Positions 13,801 through 27,100 of a stretch of DNA of 64,000 nucleotides are shown piece after piece; the stretch's first letter is position 1, and the number at the start of each line of letters is the position of its first letter. Origin of the DNA: Macrostomum lignano (lineage: Eukaryota). The stretch spans positions 22,320 through 86,319 of the forward strand of contig NIVC01003638.1 in NCBI GenBank assembly GCA_002269645.1, in the 5' to 3' direction. The notes beneath the pieces are model-generated. The model was not told where the DNA came from. It saw only the letters and a program-made list of their open reading frames with translations, and did not search any database. The translations under genes and the position numbers were made by a program.

Positions 13801-15418
13801 GTTTGCGGCTCAGCCGAGGGCCTCATCGTGGTCTCGGGCCGGCGCCACAACTCGGACGATCTCATCGCTACGGTGCTGGCCGTTGAGCCTCTGAAATTTG
13901 TACACCGCGGCCGCATCGCCGTATTCAGCCAGGAGCTTCTCCGCGACGAGCGCGTCATTGTGGTTGCCGAGCAGCGGCCAGACGCCACCGAGGAGCAGAG
14001 CTTCCAGTGGATGTCGCACGTGCTCCAAGCGGTGGACAGCATCCACCAGGTTGGCGTCTATTGCATCGCATTGGCGCCGCCGAACTCGCTGCCGCGCAGT
14101 CCTCAGGGCGGCGTCTGTCCACGGGAGACCCGCCGGCGCTACCTGGCCAACCAGCTGCACCCGTGCAGCGTGCTGCTGTGCCCGCACTCCACCGTCACCA
14201 ACCTGCCGAGGCCGCGCGAGCTCCCAAATCCAGCGCACGGCCCAATGTCCGCCCTGCTCGGCTCGCTTGTCCAGGGCGGCCGGCCCGCCTTCGCCGAGGG
14301 CCGCCAGGTGCCGCCCTCCGCCTCGCCAGATGATGCAGCCGCCGCGGCCAGCCTGGCTGAGGCGCTTCGCTGGCGAGTTGCGGCCTCGGCGTCAGCGGAC
14401 AACGGCGGCGGGCAGCATCAGCAGCAGCAGAGGCGGCTTCTCTCCTGTCTGAACGGCCGGCTTCAGGAGACCGCCGTGGCGGCACCAGCGGCGCTGATGA
14501 AACGGGCGGAGAAACTCGCCAACGCGCTGCGGTCCCGCGTACACCGGGACGCCGTGGTGGCCATCGCCCTGCCGCCCGGCCTGGACCTGGCGGCGGCCGT
14601 GTTCGCCTGCCAGCTGGCCGCCTGTGTGCCGCTGCCCGTCCGGCCGCCCGCCGCCGCCTCCGGTCTCAACACCTGCCGATTGATTATCGAATCTGGCCGG
14701 GCGACCCTGTTGCTAACCACTCAACCGGTTGCTAAGCTGATGCGATCCAAAGACGCTATGGCTCTTGGCTGCTCCTGGCCGCCGATTGTCGATGTTGACG
14801 ACGCCAGACGGCGGCACAGCAGCTCCGCGCCTCCGCCTCCGCCGCCGTCGACAGAATCAGGCGCTGCCGCGAATAACTCGGTAAACGGCTCAGCAAATGA
14901 CGTCGCCGAATCGACCGCCTATTTGGATTATTCAGTGAGCACCACGGGCCTGCTGACCGGAGTTCGATTCACCCAGCGAGCGGCCGTGGCTCTCTGCCGC
15001 AGTTTGAAGCTGCAGTGCGAGCTGTACCCGGCTAGGGAGGTGGCGCTGTGCCTGGATCCCTATAGCGGGCTCGGCTTCGTGCTGTGGTGCCTTAGCGGCG
15101 TGTTCGCCGGCCACCAGACTGTGCTGCTGCCGCCTGCCGAGCTGGAGGCCAATCCAGCCGCCTTTCTGCTGCTGCTCAGTCAGAGACAGATTCGGGACGC
15201 TTTCTGCAGCTACACTGTGCTGGAGCACTGCACCAGGGAGCTGGCCGGCTGCGTGGATGCGCTCAAGGTGGGCTTCTGTGTGTCTGCCTGCCTGCCTGCC
15301 TGCCTGTCTGTCTGTCTGTCTGTCTGTGTGTCTGCCTGTCTGTCTGTCTGTCTGCCTGTCTGTCTGTCTGACTGTCTGTCTGTCTGTGTCTGCGTGTCTG
15401 TGTGTCTGTCTGTGTGCC

Positions 15419-15481
<63 letters not shown>

Positions 15482-15514
15482 GTGCCTGTCTGCCTGTCTG
15501 TCTGTCTGCCTGCC

Positions 15515-15549
<35 letters not shown>

Positions 15550-15654
15550 GTGCCTGTCTGCCTGTCTGTCTGTGTGTCTGTCTGTCTGCCTGTCTGTCTG
15601 TCTGTCTGCCTGTCTGTCTGCCTGTCTGTCTGTGTGTCTGTCTGTCTGTCTGCC

Positions 15655-15689
<35 letters not shown>

Positions 15690-15984
15690 GTGCCTGCCTG
15701 CTTGTCTGTCTGTCTGTCTGTCTGTCTGTGTGTCTGCCTGCCTGCCTGCCTGCCTGCCTGTCTGTCTGTCTGTCTGTGTGTCTGTCTGCCTGTCTGTCTG
15801 CCTGTCTGTCTGTGTGTCTGTCTGTCTGTCTGTCTGCCTGTCTGTGTGTCTGTCTGCCTGTCTGTCTGCCTGTCTGTCTGTCTGCCTGTCTGTCTGTCTG
15901 ACTGTCTGTCTGTCTGTCTGTCTGTCTGTGTCTGTGTGTCTATCCTTCTGTCTGTCTGTCTGTCTGTCTGTGTCTGTGTGTCTA

Positions 15985-16025
<41 letters not shown>

Positions 16026-19000
16026 GTCTGTGTGTCTATCCTTCTGTCTGTCTGTCTGTCTGTCTGTCTGTTTATACAGAATTTGGCTCGCTATGCAAGT
16101 TGCTTGAGCAAAATTTAGTGAAGATTTTTCAACTGTCTTTTATTTCTTAGACAGTATTTCTAATATCTATGTTTGTGATGTTGCAGGATCTGTTGTCTGA
16201 TTAAAAAGCGAATATTTCGCTGAGGCTAATAAAAAGTGCAATTTTTCATCTTCTTTGTACCGATCTGCTCTTCCATCGTATGTATGAAGCATGCAAACAG
16301 TTTCCGAATCTTCTTTCCATATTAAGATTAATGCAAACATTTTGATCAGCCTCTGTCTGTCTGTCGCTAAATGACTGTCTGTGACCTCTTATCTAGCTAG
16401 GGATTCGATGATCCATCTGCTCCCTCCGCACTGGCAGATCACAAAACACTATGCATGACTAATCAATGATATTCCTCTGGTCTACTGTGTGTCTTGTACG
16501 TATAGTAGTCCACTGTAGTTGGCAAACAGGACAAGCCCGTTCACTTCCAGTGCACCCTAACGATTCAGGATTCAAGTTCAGGACTTTTGTTTGGTAGTCC
16601 TGCACAGCAAGAGCCAGTAGCCACATCTGAGGGGTTACACCGACACATTGGAAACTAGTAACCACAATGGAGGATCCTACACTGATATGATAGGAGCTAG
16701 TGACCACAGGTGGTCCTGCACAATGGGAGCTAGTGACCACAGGTGGTCCTGCACAATGGGAGCTAGTGACCACAGGTGGTCCTGCACAATGGGAGCTAGT
16801 AACCACAGGTGGTCCTGCACAATGGGAGCTAGTGACCACAGGTGGTCCTGCACAATGGGAGCTAGTGACCACAGGTGGTCCTGCACAATGGGAGCTAGTA
16901 ACCACAGGTGGTCCTGCACAATGGGAGCTAGTAACCACAGGTGGTCCTGCACAATGGGAGCTAGTGACCACAGGTGGTCCTGCACAATGGGAGCTAGTAA
17001 CCACAGGTGGTCCTGCACAATGGGAGCTAGTGACCACAGGTGGTCCTGCACAATGGGAGCTAGTGACCACAGGTGGTCCTGCACAATGGGAGCTAGTAAC
17101 CACAGGTGGTCCTGCACAATGGGAGCTAGTGACCACAGGTGGTCCTGCACAATGGGAGCTAGTGACCACAGGTGGTCCTGCACAATGGGAGCTAGTAACC
17201 ACAGGTGGTCCTGCACAATGGGAGCTAGTGACCACAGGTGGTCCTGCACAATGGGAGCTAGTAACCACAGGTGGTCCTGCACAATGGGAGCTAGTGACCA
17301 CAGGTGGTCCTGCACAATGGGAGCTAGTGACCACAGGTGGTCCTGCACAATGTGAGCTAGTGACCACAGGTGGTCCTGCACAATGGGAGCTAGTAACCAC
17401 AGGTGGTCCTGCACAATGGAAGCTAGTAACCACAGGTGGTCCTGCACAATGGGAGCTAGTGACCACAGGTGGTCCTGCACAATGGGAGCTAGTGACCACA
17501 GGTGGTTCTGCACAATGGGAGCTAGTGACCACAGGTGGTTCTGCACAATGGGAGCTAGTGACCACAGGTGGTTCTGCACAATGGGAGCTAGTGACCACAC
17601 CTGGTTCTGCACAATGGGAGCTAGTGACCACAGGTGGTCCTGCACAATGGGAGCTAGTGACCACAGGTGGTTCTGCACAATGGGAGCTAGTGACCACACC
17701 TGGTTCTGCACAATAGGAGCTAGTGACCACACCTGGTTCTGCACAATGGGAGCTAGTGACCACACCTGGTTCTGCACAATGGGAGCTAGTGAGCACACCT
17801 GGTCCTGCACAATGGGAGCTAGTGACCACAGGTGGTCCTGCACAATGGGAGCTAGTGACCACAGGTGGTCCTGCACAATGGGAGCTAGTGACCACAGGTG
17901 GTCCTGCACAATGGGAGCTAGTAACCACAGGTGGTCCTGCACAATGGGAGCTAGTGACCACAGGTGGTCCTGCACAATGGGAGCTAGTGACCACAGGTGG
18001 TCCTGCACAATGGGAGCTAGTAACCACAGGTGGTCCTGCACAATGGGAGCTAGTGACCACAGGTGGTCCTGCACAATGGGAGCTAGTAACCACAGGTGGT
18101 CCTGCACAATGGGAGCTAGTGACCACAGGTGGTCCTGCACAATGGGAGCTAGTGACCACAGGTGGTCCTGCACAATGTGAGCTAGTGACCACAGGTGGTC
18201 CTGCACAATGGGAGCTAGTAACCACAGGTGGTCCTGCACAATGGAAGCTAGTAACCACAGGTGGTCCTGCACAATGGGAGCTAGTGACCACAGGTGGTCC
18301 TGCACAATGGGAGCTAGTGACCACAGGTGGTTCTGCACAATGGGAGCTAGTGACCACAGGTGGTTCTGCACAATGGGAGCTAGTGACCACAGGTGGTCCT
18401 GCACAATGGTAGCTAGTGACCACACCTGGTCCTGCACAATGGTAGCTAGTAACCACACCTGGTCGTGCGCACATCACACCTTACTCTCCTGCTTCAGCAA
18501 AAGCAGCAGATCAACCTGTCGAACCTCCGGTCCCTGGTGGTCGTATCCGAGGAGCGGCCCCGGCTGTCTCTGCTCACCAGCTTCGGCCGGCTGTTCAGCC
18601 CGCTAGGCTTGAAACCGTCTGTTGTCAGCGCCTCATTTGGTTGCCGAGTGAATCCGTGCGTCTGTCTGCAGGGCGCCTCGGCTCCGGAGCCGGCCACGCT
18701 GTACGCGGATTCCCGTGCTCTGCGGGCGGACAGAATCAGCTTGGTTGAACGGGGCAGTCCGCGCTCTCTGCCGCTGATGGAGTGCGGCGAATTGCTGGCT
18801 GGTACTCAGGTAGGCAGCTGGGGTGGCCTTGTGCCTGTCCGAATTGTTCACTGTGGACTCGGGTCACTGGCTCCTGTGTCTCTTTTCCCTTGTCTCTGCT
18901 GCTCCTCTGCCTGTGCCTGTCCACTCTTCCCATCCCCTCCTTTCCTGTCACCATTTCTCTCTCAATCTCCCTCTCTCTCCCTCCCCTCTCTCTCCCTCCC

Positions 19001-21918
19001 CTCTCCCTCTCTCCCTCCCCTCTTCCTCTCTCCCTCCCCTCTCCTTCTCTCCCTCCCCTCTCCCTCTCTCCCTCCCCTCTTCCTCTCTCCCTCCCCTCTC
19101 CTTCTCTCCCTCCCCTCTCCCTCTCTCCCTCCCCTCTTCCTCTCTCCCTCCCCTCTCCCTCTCTCCCTCCCTCTCCCTCTCTCCCTCCCCTCTCCTTCTC
19201 TCCCTCCCTCTCCCTCTCTCCCTCCCTCTCCCTCTCTCCCTCCCCTCTCCCTCTCTCCCTCCCCTCTCCCTCTCTCCCTCCCCTCTCCTTCTCTCCCTCC
19301 CCTCTCCCTCTCTCCCTCCCCTCTCCCTCTCTCCCTCCCCTCTTCCTCTCTCCCTCCCCTCTCCCTCTCTCCCTCCCCTCTCCCTCTCTCCCTCCCCTCT
19401 CCCTCTCTCCCTCCCCTCTTCCTCTCTCCCTCCCCTCTCCCTCTCTCCCTCCCCTCTCCCTCTCTCCCTCCCCTCTCCCTCTCTCCCTCCCTCTCCTTTT
19501 CTCCCTCCCCTCTCCTTCTCTCCCTCCCCTCTCCCTCTCTCCCTCCCCTCTCCCTCTCTCCCTCCCCTCTCCCTCTCTCCCTCCCCTCTCCTTCTCTCCC
19601 TCCCCTCTCCCTCTCTCCCTCCCCTCTCCCTCTCTCCCTCCCCTCTTCCTCTCTCCCTCCCCTCTCCCTCTCTCCCTCCCCTCTCCCTCTCTCCCTCCCC
19701 TCTTCCTCTCTCCCTCCCCTCTCCCTCTCTCCCTCCCCTCTCCACTCTGTCCCTCCCCTTCACTCTATCTCCCTCTCACTCACCCGTATTATCTTCCGCT
19801 TTACCTCTTCTCTCCTTCGCTCCCGTCTCCCTCTCTCTTCTTCTCCCTATATCTGCCTATTTTACCTGTAGTGATCCGTCCTTAAAGTTCTTCAAAAATG
19901 AATCAAGGAAATTTTTGAACGCAAATAGAAAATTTGCCGCTAAATAAAAAGAAATTTGTTTTATTTTTTTCAGTTATAATATTTTTAAAGGAATTGATTG
20001 GATGTCTAATGCTTGAAAGGAATTTTTGATGCCGAAAAAATATTTTAATAAAAGTACATTCTCTATCCAATTCATAATACAAACACAAAATACCGCGGGC
20101 TCTTTTCAGCACTTAACAAAAATTTTAATTTATCTAAAATCATTTTCGCATGCATTTATCTATCCACCGTGAATCTATTTTTAGAAGCATCAAAGTACCC
20201 GCAATTTAGCTGGATGGCTGGCTCCGTTTTCCTTTGAAAATTGGCGGGATATCCGCCAAGTGAGCATACGTCCCAGGCCTGTCCAATTAAAATACAACAG
20301 TCTCAAAACCATGGGGGGATAATAGGCGCGAAAATAGACCTTCTGATGCGATAAAGTGAGTCTGATAAGCGCTGAAATCAGTCTGATAAGCGCTGAAATC
20401 AGTCTGATAAGCGCTAAAATCAGTCTGATAAGCGCTGATAAGCGCTGAAATCTGTCTGAAAAGCGCTGAAATCTGTCTGATAAGCGCTAAAATCAGTCTG
20501 ATAAGCGCTGATAAGAGTCTGATAAGCGCTGAAATCAGTCTGATAAGCGCTAAAATAAGTCTGATAAGCGCTGAAATGAGTCTGATAAGCGCTGAAATGA
20601 GTCTGATATGATTAGCGCTAAAATGTGTCTGATAAGCGCTGAAATCAGTCTGATAAGCGCTAAAATGAGTCTGATAAGCGCTGATATGAGTCTGATAAGC
20701 GCTAAAATGAGTCTGATATGATTAGCGCTAAAATGTCTGATAAGCGCTGATATGAGTCTGATATGCGCTAAAATGAGTCAAAGCGCAAGCTTACCAACGC
20801 TATAAATTCACTTAATCCCCACTCGCCAACCAGGTAATCGTGGCTAATCCGGACTCCCGAACCCAATGCGCCGACAGTCACCTTGGCGAACTGTGGGTCC
20901 GGGCCGCGCACAACGCCGCAGGCTATTGGTCGGTGGTCGGCAGCGGCGGCGCCAGCGGCGGCGATCTGGACGCCTGCTCCGGCCAGTTCGACACCACTCT
21001 TGTCGGCGACGCGGCCGGAAGCGAGACGACCTACGCTCGAACCGGATTTTTGGGCTTCGTTCGGCGAATGGACATCACCGGGGGCGACGGCGCCAAGCAC
21101 GACGCCGTATTCATTGTCGGGGCGCTTGATGAGGCGCTGCAGCTGCGCGGATTTCGCTACCATCCTGTTGATATTGAGGCTACCGTGGCGCGCTGTCATC
21201 ACTGCGTTGGCGAATGGTGAGACCTGCTTGCTTGAGTCACGGCTGGCGATTAGGGGTGACGATTGGAGTGACACATTTTGTATGGGTGACGATTGGAGTG
21301 ACACATTTTGTATGGGTGACAATTGGAGTGACACATTTTGTATGGGTGAAAATTGGAGTGACACATTTTGTATGGGTGACAATTGGAGTGACACATTTTG
21401 TATGGGTGACAATTGTAGTGACACATTTTGTATGGGTGAAAATTGGAGTGACACATTTTGTATGAGAGACAATTGTAGTGCCACTTTGTATGGGTGACAA
21501 TTGGAGTGACCCATTTTGTATGGGTGACATATTAGTTACCTTTGAGTCATGTTTTTTTAAAATAATTTTCTTACAGATAAAGAAATCCAATTCAGACTAC
21601 TAGCAGTAGAAAGGTGAGAATTATAAAATGTGAAAATAAATTTTAAAACCAAAATTGTTTTTCAGCGCCGTGTTCACCTGGCGCTCCCTGCTAGTCGTAG
21701 TTGCCGAACTACAAGGTCGCGAGTTCGAAGCCTTAGATTTAATCCCCGCCATCACGTCCAGCGTGCTTCGGGAGCACCATCTCATTGCGGGAGTTGTAGT
21801 GGTGTGCGACCCCGGCGCCATACCCATGAACAGCCGGGGCGAGAAGCAGCGAATGCACCTGAGAGACGGCTTCCTTGACGACAAGCTGGACCCCATCTAT
21901 GTTGCCTACAATCTCTGA
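1863..21918 (+). CDS. DIP2: Disco-interacting protein 2 homolog (DMAP1-binding N-terminus plus two AMP-binding/fatty acyl-AMP ligase-like domains), 9 exons, ~1669 aa
   Basis: Exons 1863-1950, 3610-3960, 6840-7864, 8883-9758, 10489-10728, 13786-15267, 18498-18809, 20834-21216, 21666-21918. All introns are GT-AG and phase-compatible; total 5010 nt = 1670 codons. Family motifs: [109 protein letters not shown]. Confidence 0.95.
4045..6745. repeat. Minisatellite, 22-nt unit CAGACAGATRCCCAAAGACA(GT/GG/TG), ~120 copies, DIP2 intron 2
   Basis: Directly visible tandem array; source of all the MPKD/QTD-type ORFs. Confidence 0.97.
7948..8830. repeat. Minisatellite, 30-nt unit GGCTTCAGGGAAGCGGTAGTTCAGTCTG(G/A)T, DIP2 intron 3
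   Basis: Period of 30 is evident at 8521-8820; earlier units carry small internal duplications. Confidence 0.95.
9811..10420. repeat. Purine-rich minisatellite, ~20-nt unit GTAGGAGAGGGGAAAGGG(G/A)T, DIP2 intron 4
   Basis: Visible tandem array with G3-G4 runs. Confidence 0.93.
10740..11740. repeat. Minisatellite, 20-nt unit GGAATGGCATGTATAGTT(GT/TG), DIP2 intron 5
   Basis: Visible tandem array starting ~10 nt after the donor at 10729. Confidence 0.95.
12409..12885. repeat. Minisatellite, 17-nt unit CTCCCCGA(C/T)TGTCTACC, DIP2 intron 5
   Basis: Visible tandem array. Confidence 0.95.
13335..13677. repeat. Minisatellite, ~23-nt unit GGGGATTATTCGTGTTGGAGTTT, DIP2 intron 5
   Basis: Visible tandem array. 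Confidence 0.93.
15277..16072. repeat. Compound microsatellite (CTGT)n with CTGC/GTGT variants, DIP2 intron 6
   Basis: Starts ~10 nt after the donor at 15268; causes the spurious VCLS tail of ORF 13795-16107. Confidence 0.97.
16690..18470. repeat. Minisatellite, 33-nt unit GGGAGCTAGTGACCACAGGTGGTCCTGCACAAT, ~54 copies, DIP2 intron 6
   Basis: Very homogeneous array ending ~25 nt before the acceptor at 18497. Confidence 0.97.
18930..19850. repeat. Polypyrimidine (CT-rich) low-complexity array, DIP2 intron 7
   Basis: About 0.9 kb almost devoid of purines on the + strand. Confidence 0.95.
20358..20778. repeat. Minisatellite, ~21-nt unit AGTCTGATAAGCGCT(G/A)AAAT(C/G), DIP2 intron 7
   Basis: Visible tandem array. 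Confidence 0.92.
21255..21530. repeat. Minisatellite, 30-nt unit GACAATTGGAGTGACACATTTTGTATGGGT, DIP2 intron 8
   Basis: Period of 30 is visible. Confidence 0.93.
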
Positions 21919-22571
21919 GCTACCATGTAATTACCGAGTTGACTTTTTTACAGAAAGAAGCGTTTTAGACTGGCTAATCAGTAGTATTGTACGCGCATGC
22001 TCAGCTGTCTTTTATTTATTAAAATTCTGAATGCAATTTTTTGAACAAAACTTTGCATGCATATAGTATTGTGTTATAATCAGGCAATTTCTATACATCT
22101 CATGTTTGCTTGGCTTTTTATTATGGCTAAATTGCTTCTGTTTATGATTTTTTCAGTCGCTTCCCGCGAACAGCACTGGCTATTGAACATTATGAGCTTA
22201 GCTTTTTTAATGCAACTTGTCGCAATCCTGCTATAGAATGGGGTACTACTTTTTCAAGTAGTAGTATATATCGATGCATGCTAGTATTCTATCTGGCTAC
22301 TTTGCTGTTATTTTCGATCAAATTTGCTTAACTGTCTATTGCTTGTTTTGCTTTGTTATATCACTATATTATCCATTCAAATTTTGCACCTGTGCGTACT
22401 GTACTACTGTACGTCTTTCAGCCTATCCGTTGTGTACCTGCCTGTCTGCATTGCATGGCCGCTGTTTGTTCGCACATTTTGCTGCAGTCTCTTTAACAGT
22501 GCGTATTGGCGTCTGTCTTCTTTCAGCCTAAAGGTGTGAAAATGTTCCTGATAAGCAGCCAACTTAAACAT

Positions 22572-23475
22572 GCCCACTCCAATGTACACCCACCCACTCC
22601 AATGTACACCCACCCACTCCAATGTACACCCGCCCACTCCAATGTACACCCGCCCACTCCAATGTACACCCACCCACTCCAATGTACACCCACCCACTCC
22701 AATGTACACCCACCCACTCCAATGTACACCCGCCCACTCCAATGTACACCCACCCACTCCAATGTACACCCGCCCACTCCAATGTACACCCACCCACTCC
22801 AATGTACACCCGCCCACTCCAATGTACACCCGCCCACTCCAATGTACACCCACCCACTCCAATGTACACCCGCCCACTCCAATGTACACCGCCCACTCCA
22901 ATGTACACCCACCCACTCCAATGTATACCCACCCACTCCAATGTACACCCGCCCACTCCAATGTACACCCACCCACTCCAATGTACACCCACCCACTCCA
23001 ATGTACACCCACCCACTCCAATGTACACCCACCCACTCCAATGTACACCCGCCCACTCCAATGTACACCCACCCACTCCAATGTACACCCGCCCACTCCA
23101 ATGTACACCCGCCCACTCCAATGTACACCCGCCCACTCCAATGTACACCCACCCACTCCAATGTACACCCGCCCACTCCAATGTACACCCGCCCACTCCA
23201 ATGTACACCCACCCACTCCAATGTACACCCACCCACTCCAATGTACACCCGCCCACTCCAATGTACACCCGCCCACTCCAATGTACACCCGCCCACTCCA
23301 ATGTACACCCACCCACTCCAATGTACACCCACCCACTCCAATGCACACCCACCCACTCCAATGTACACCCGCCCACTCCAATGTACACCCACCCACTCCA
23401 ATGTACACCCACCCACTCCAATGCACACCCACCCACTCCAATGCACACCCACCCACTCCAATGTACACCCACCCC
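22572..23475. repeat. Minisatellite, 20-nt unit CCCACTCCAATGTACACCC(A/G)
   Basis: Highly homogeneous array downstream of DIP2. Confidence 0.97.
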
Positions 23476-24142
23476 TACTCATCCACTACAATGTACAGCC
23501 GCCCCCACCCATACATTGACCCATTCCGATTCCAGTTTAGGTAATAAATTTTAGTCGTTTATTATCTACTAACAGGAGTAGTGTGGTTGGAAAATCAGTA
23601 GTATTTCGCGCAGAATGTTAATTAAATTTCCTTGCAGCTCGACAAGATTGGTTGCTTTTTTATCAGCCCGGTAGGAAAATTTTTGTATGAAATTTTTATT
23701 ACTTAGTGAGAATAGTATATGGCTTCTGGCTATTCTTTTAAAATATAATTGTCACCCCTATCAGACGTGCATGTACATGTGCTTGAAGCTTTCGCTAATT
23801 ATTTCTGTTACTGTTGTATATCATACCTATCGGCTGCTTATAATCCATGTTAAGCATTGTTTTTTACCTCTCCTAAACAATAATAACAAATATTATTATT
23901 ACTAATAATGTGCTGCAAATATTTGTATAAAAAAGTCACTCAATACATAATTATTTACCATATGATCTGTGTACTTTTATTATGCACTGATATGTGACTT
24001 TACAGTTTTTTGTGTTTTCAAGAATACATTATTATTATAGCTGTACTTTATATTATACTATATAATTGTGCAGCCTCATAAATCAGTAAATCCTGGTTGA
24101 GTTAAATGAAATGTACTTTCTTATTCAAATATATACTGAATC

Positions 24143-27100
24143 ACCTGTGAGCCATTTTGCAGTACCGGCTTTTTTGTACTAACTATATTAATAATTAATG
24201 TGCTTTTGAGCGTTTCCAATTAGTTTAACCATTTCATAGTGCCACCTGTTCAATGTGCTTAAAAGACTTAGGATGAAAGATTGGGATTGTGAAGCTGGAG
24301 GGTTGTGAAGATTGGGATTGTGAAGCTGGGGTGTTGTGAAGATTGGGGATTGTGAAGATTAGGGATCGTGAAGTTTGGAGATTGTAAAGATTGGGGATTG
24401 TGAAGCTTGGGGATTGTGAAGATTGGGATTGTGAAGCTGGAGGGTTGTGAAGATTGGGATTGTGAAGCTGGGGGTTGTGAAGATTGGGATTTTGAAGCTG
24501 GGGGTTGTGAAGATTGGGATTGTGAAGCTGGTGGTTGTGAAGATTGGGATTGTGAAGCTGGTGGTTGTGAAGATTGGGATTGTGAAGCTGGGGTGTTGTG
24601 AAGATTGGGGATTGTGAAGATTAGGGATTGTGAATGTTGGGGATTGTGAGGATTAGGGATTGTAAAGATTGGGGGTTGTGAAGATTGGGGATTGTGAAGA
24701 TTAAGGATGTTAAAATTGGGGACTGTAAAGAATGGGGACTGTGAAGCCTGGGATTGTGAAGATTGGGGATTGCGAAGCTCGAATAGTCGAAGAACCCACT
24801 GTGGAAATGCTACCGTTGAACCATCGCTGTCTGTGGCATTTATGATCGAAGCTAGAAAATCGGGCAACACATTTACATCTCGGTCAAAGCCAGGCAAATG
24901 TTGCTGAATAAGTTAAATGCTAAAATGTTAGGAACAATTTCTGCATGGCTGTTAAACCGTGAACATCCTGGTGACATTTAGCTGACTCCTGGCGCCTGCA
25001 CGGCAACCCCATTTGTCAAGGTATATAATTTCGAACTTCACTTTAGCTATGAAATGCGTCGCGCTCAGCATTGCATTGTAACAAAACTGTTGGCCTGTGC
25101 AGGTATACGCAGTCACACTCGTGCCTTTCCTACCTTCATTGCGCAAAACTTTGTGCGGCTTGAGAAAGCGATGGCGTTGTCAGATCTAGCGGCCTCGCAT
25201 CTGACACCCAACAGGACGTCTTTGACACCCAACAGGACGTCTCTGACACCCAATGTGATGTCTCTGATACCCAACAGGACGTCTCTGACACCCAATGTGA
25301 TGTCTTTGACACCCAACAGGACGTCTCTGACACCCAATGTGATGTCTCTGATACCCAACAGGACGTCTCTGACACCCAATGTGATGTCTCTGATACCCAA
25401 CAGGACGTCTCTGACACCCAATGCGATGTCTCTGACACCCAACAGGACGTCTCTGACACCCAATATGACGTCTCTGACACCCAATATGACGTCTCTGACA
25501 CCCAATGTGATGTCTCTGACACCCAACAGGACGTCTCTGACACCCAACAGGACGTCTCTGACACCCAATATGACGTCTCTGACACCCAATATGACGTCTC
25601 TGACACCCAATGTGATGTCTTTGACACCCAACAGGACGTCTCTGACACCCAATGTGATGTCTCTGATACCCAATGTGATGTCTTTGACACCCAACAGGAC
25701 GTCTCTGACACCCAATGTGATGTCTCTGATACCCAACAGGACGTCTCTGACACCCAATGTGATGTCTTTGACACCCAACAGGACGTCTCTGACACCCAAT
25801 GTGATGTCTCTGATACCCAACAGGACGTCTCTGACACCCAATGTGATGTCTCTGATACCCAACAGGACGTCTCTGACACCCAATGTGATGTCTCTGACAC
25901 CCAACAGGACGTCTCTGACACCCAATGTGATGTCTCTGATACCCAACAGGACGTCTCTGACACCCAATATGACGTCTCTGATACCCAATGTGACGTCTCT
26001 GACACCCAATGTGATGTCTCTGATACCCAATGTGACGTCTCTGACACCCAATGTGATGTCTCTGATACCCAACAGGACGTCTCTGACACCCAATGCGATG
26101 TCTCTGACACCCAACAGGACGTCTCTGACACCCAATATGACGTCTCTGACACCCAATATGACGTCTCTGACACCCAATGTGATGTCTCTGATACCCAATG
26201 TGACGTCTCTGACACCCAATGTGATGTCTCTGATACCCAACAGGACGTCTCTGACACCCAATGTGATGTCTCTGACACCCAATGTGATGTCTCTGACACC
26301 CAAAGTGATGTCTCTGATACCCAATATGACGTCTCTGACACCCAATATGACGTCTCTGACACCCAATGTGATGTCTTTGACACCCAACAGGACGTCTCTG
26401 ACACCCAATGTGATGTCTCTGATACCCAATGTGACGTCTCTGACACCCAATGTGATGTCTCTGATACCCAATGTGACGTCTCTGACACCCAATGTGATGT
26501 CTCTGATACCCAATGTGACGTCTCTGACACCCAATGTGATGTCTCTGATACCCAACAGGACGTCTCTGACACCCAATGTGATGTCTCTGACACCCAACAG
26601 GACGTCTCTGACACCCAATGTGATGTCTCTGACACCCAATATGACGTCTCTGATACCCAATATGACGTCTCTGACACCCAATATGACGTCTCTGACACCC
26701 AACAGGACGTCTCTGACACCCAATGTGATGTCTCTGACACCCAATATGATGTCTCTGACACTCAATATGACGTCTCTGACACCCAATATGACGTCTCTGA
26801 CACCCAATATGACGTCTCTGACACCCAACAGGACGTCTCTGACACCCAATGTGATGTCTCTGACACCCAATATGATGTCTCTGACACCCAATATGACGTC
26901 TCTGACACCCAATATGACGTCTCTGACACCCAATGTGATGTCTCTGACACCCAATGTGATGTCTCTGATACCCAATATGACGTCTCTGACACCCAAAATG
27001 ACGTCTCTGACACCCAATGTGATGTCTCTGACACCCAACAGGACGTCTCTGACACCCAATATGACGTCTCTGACACCCAATGTGATGTCTCTGACACCCA

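Noticed and set aside
15268-16118. Cys/Leu/Ser/Val-rich C-terminal extension of ORF 13795-16107
   Set aside because: Read-through into a (CTGT)n microsatellite after the donor at 15268; DIP2 homology resumes at 18498.
16690-18470. CRISPR-like array (33-nt repeat with internal palindrome)
   Set aside because: Units are directly adjacent with no unique spacers, there are no cas genes, and the context is a eukaryotic intron.
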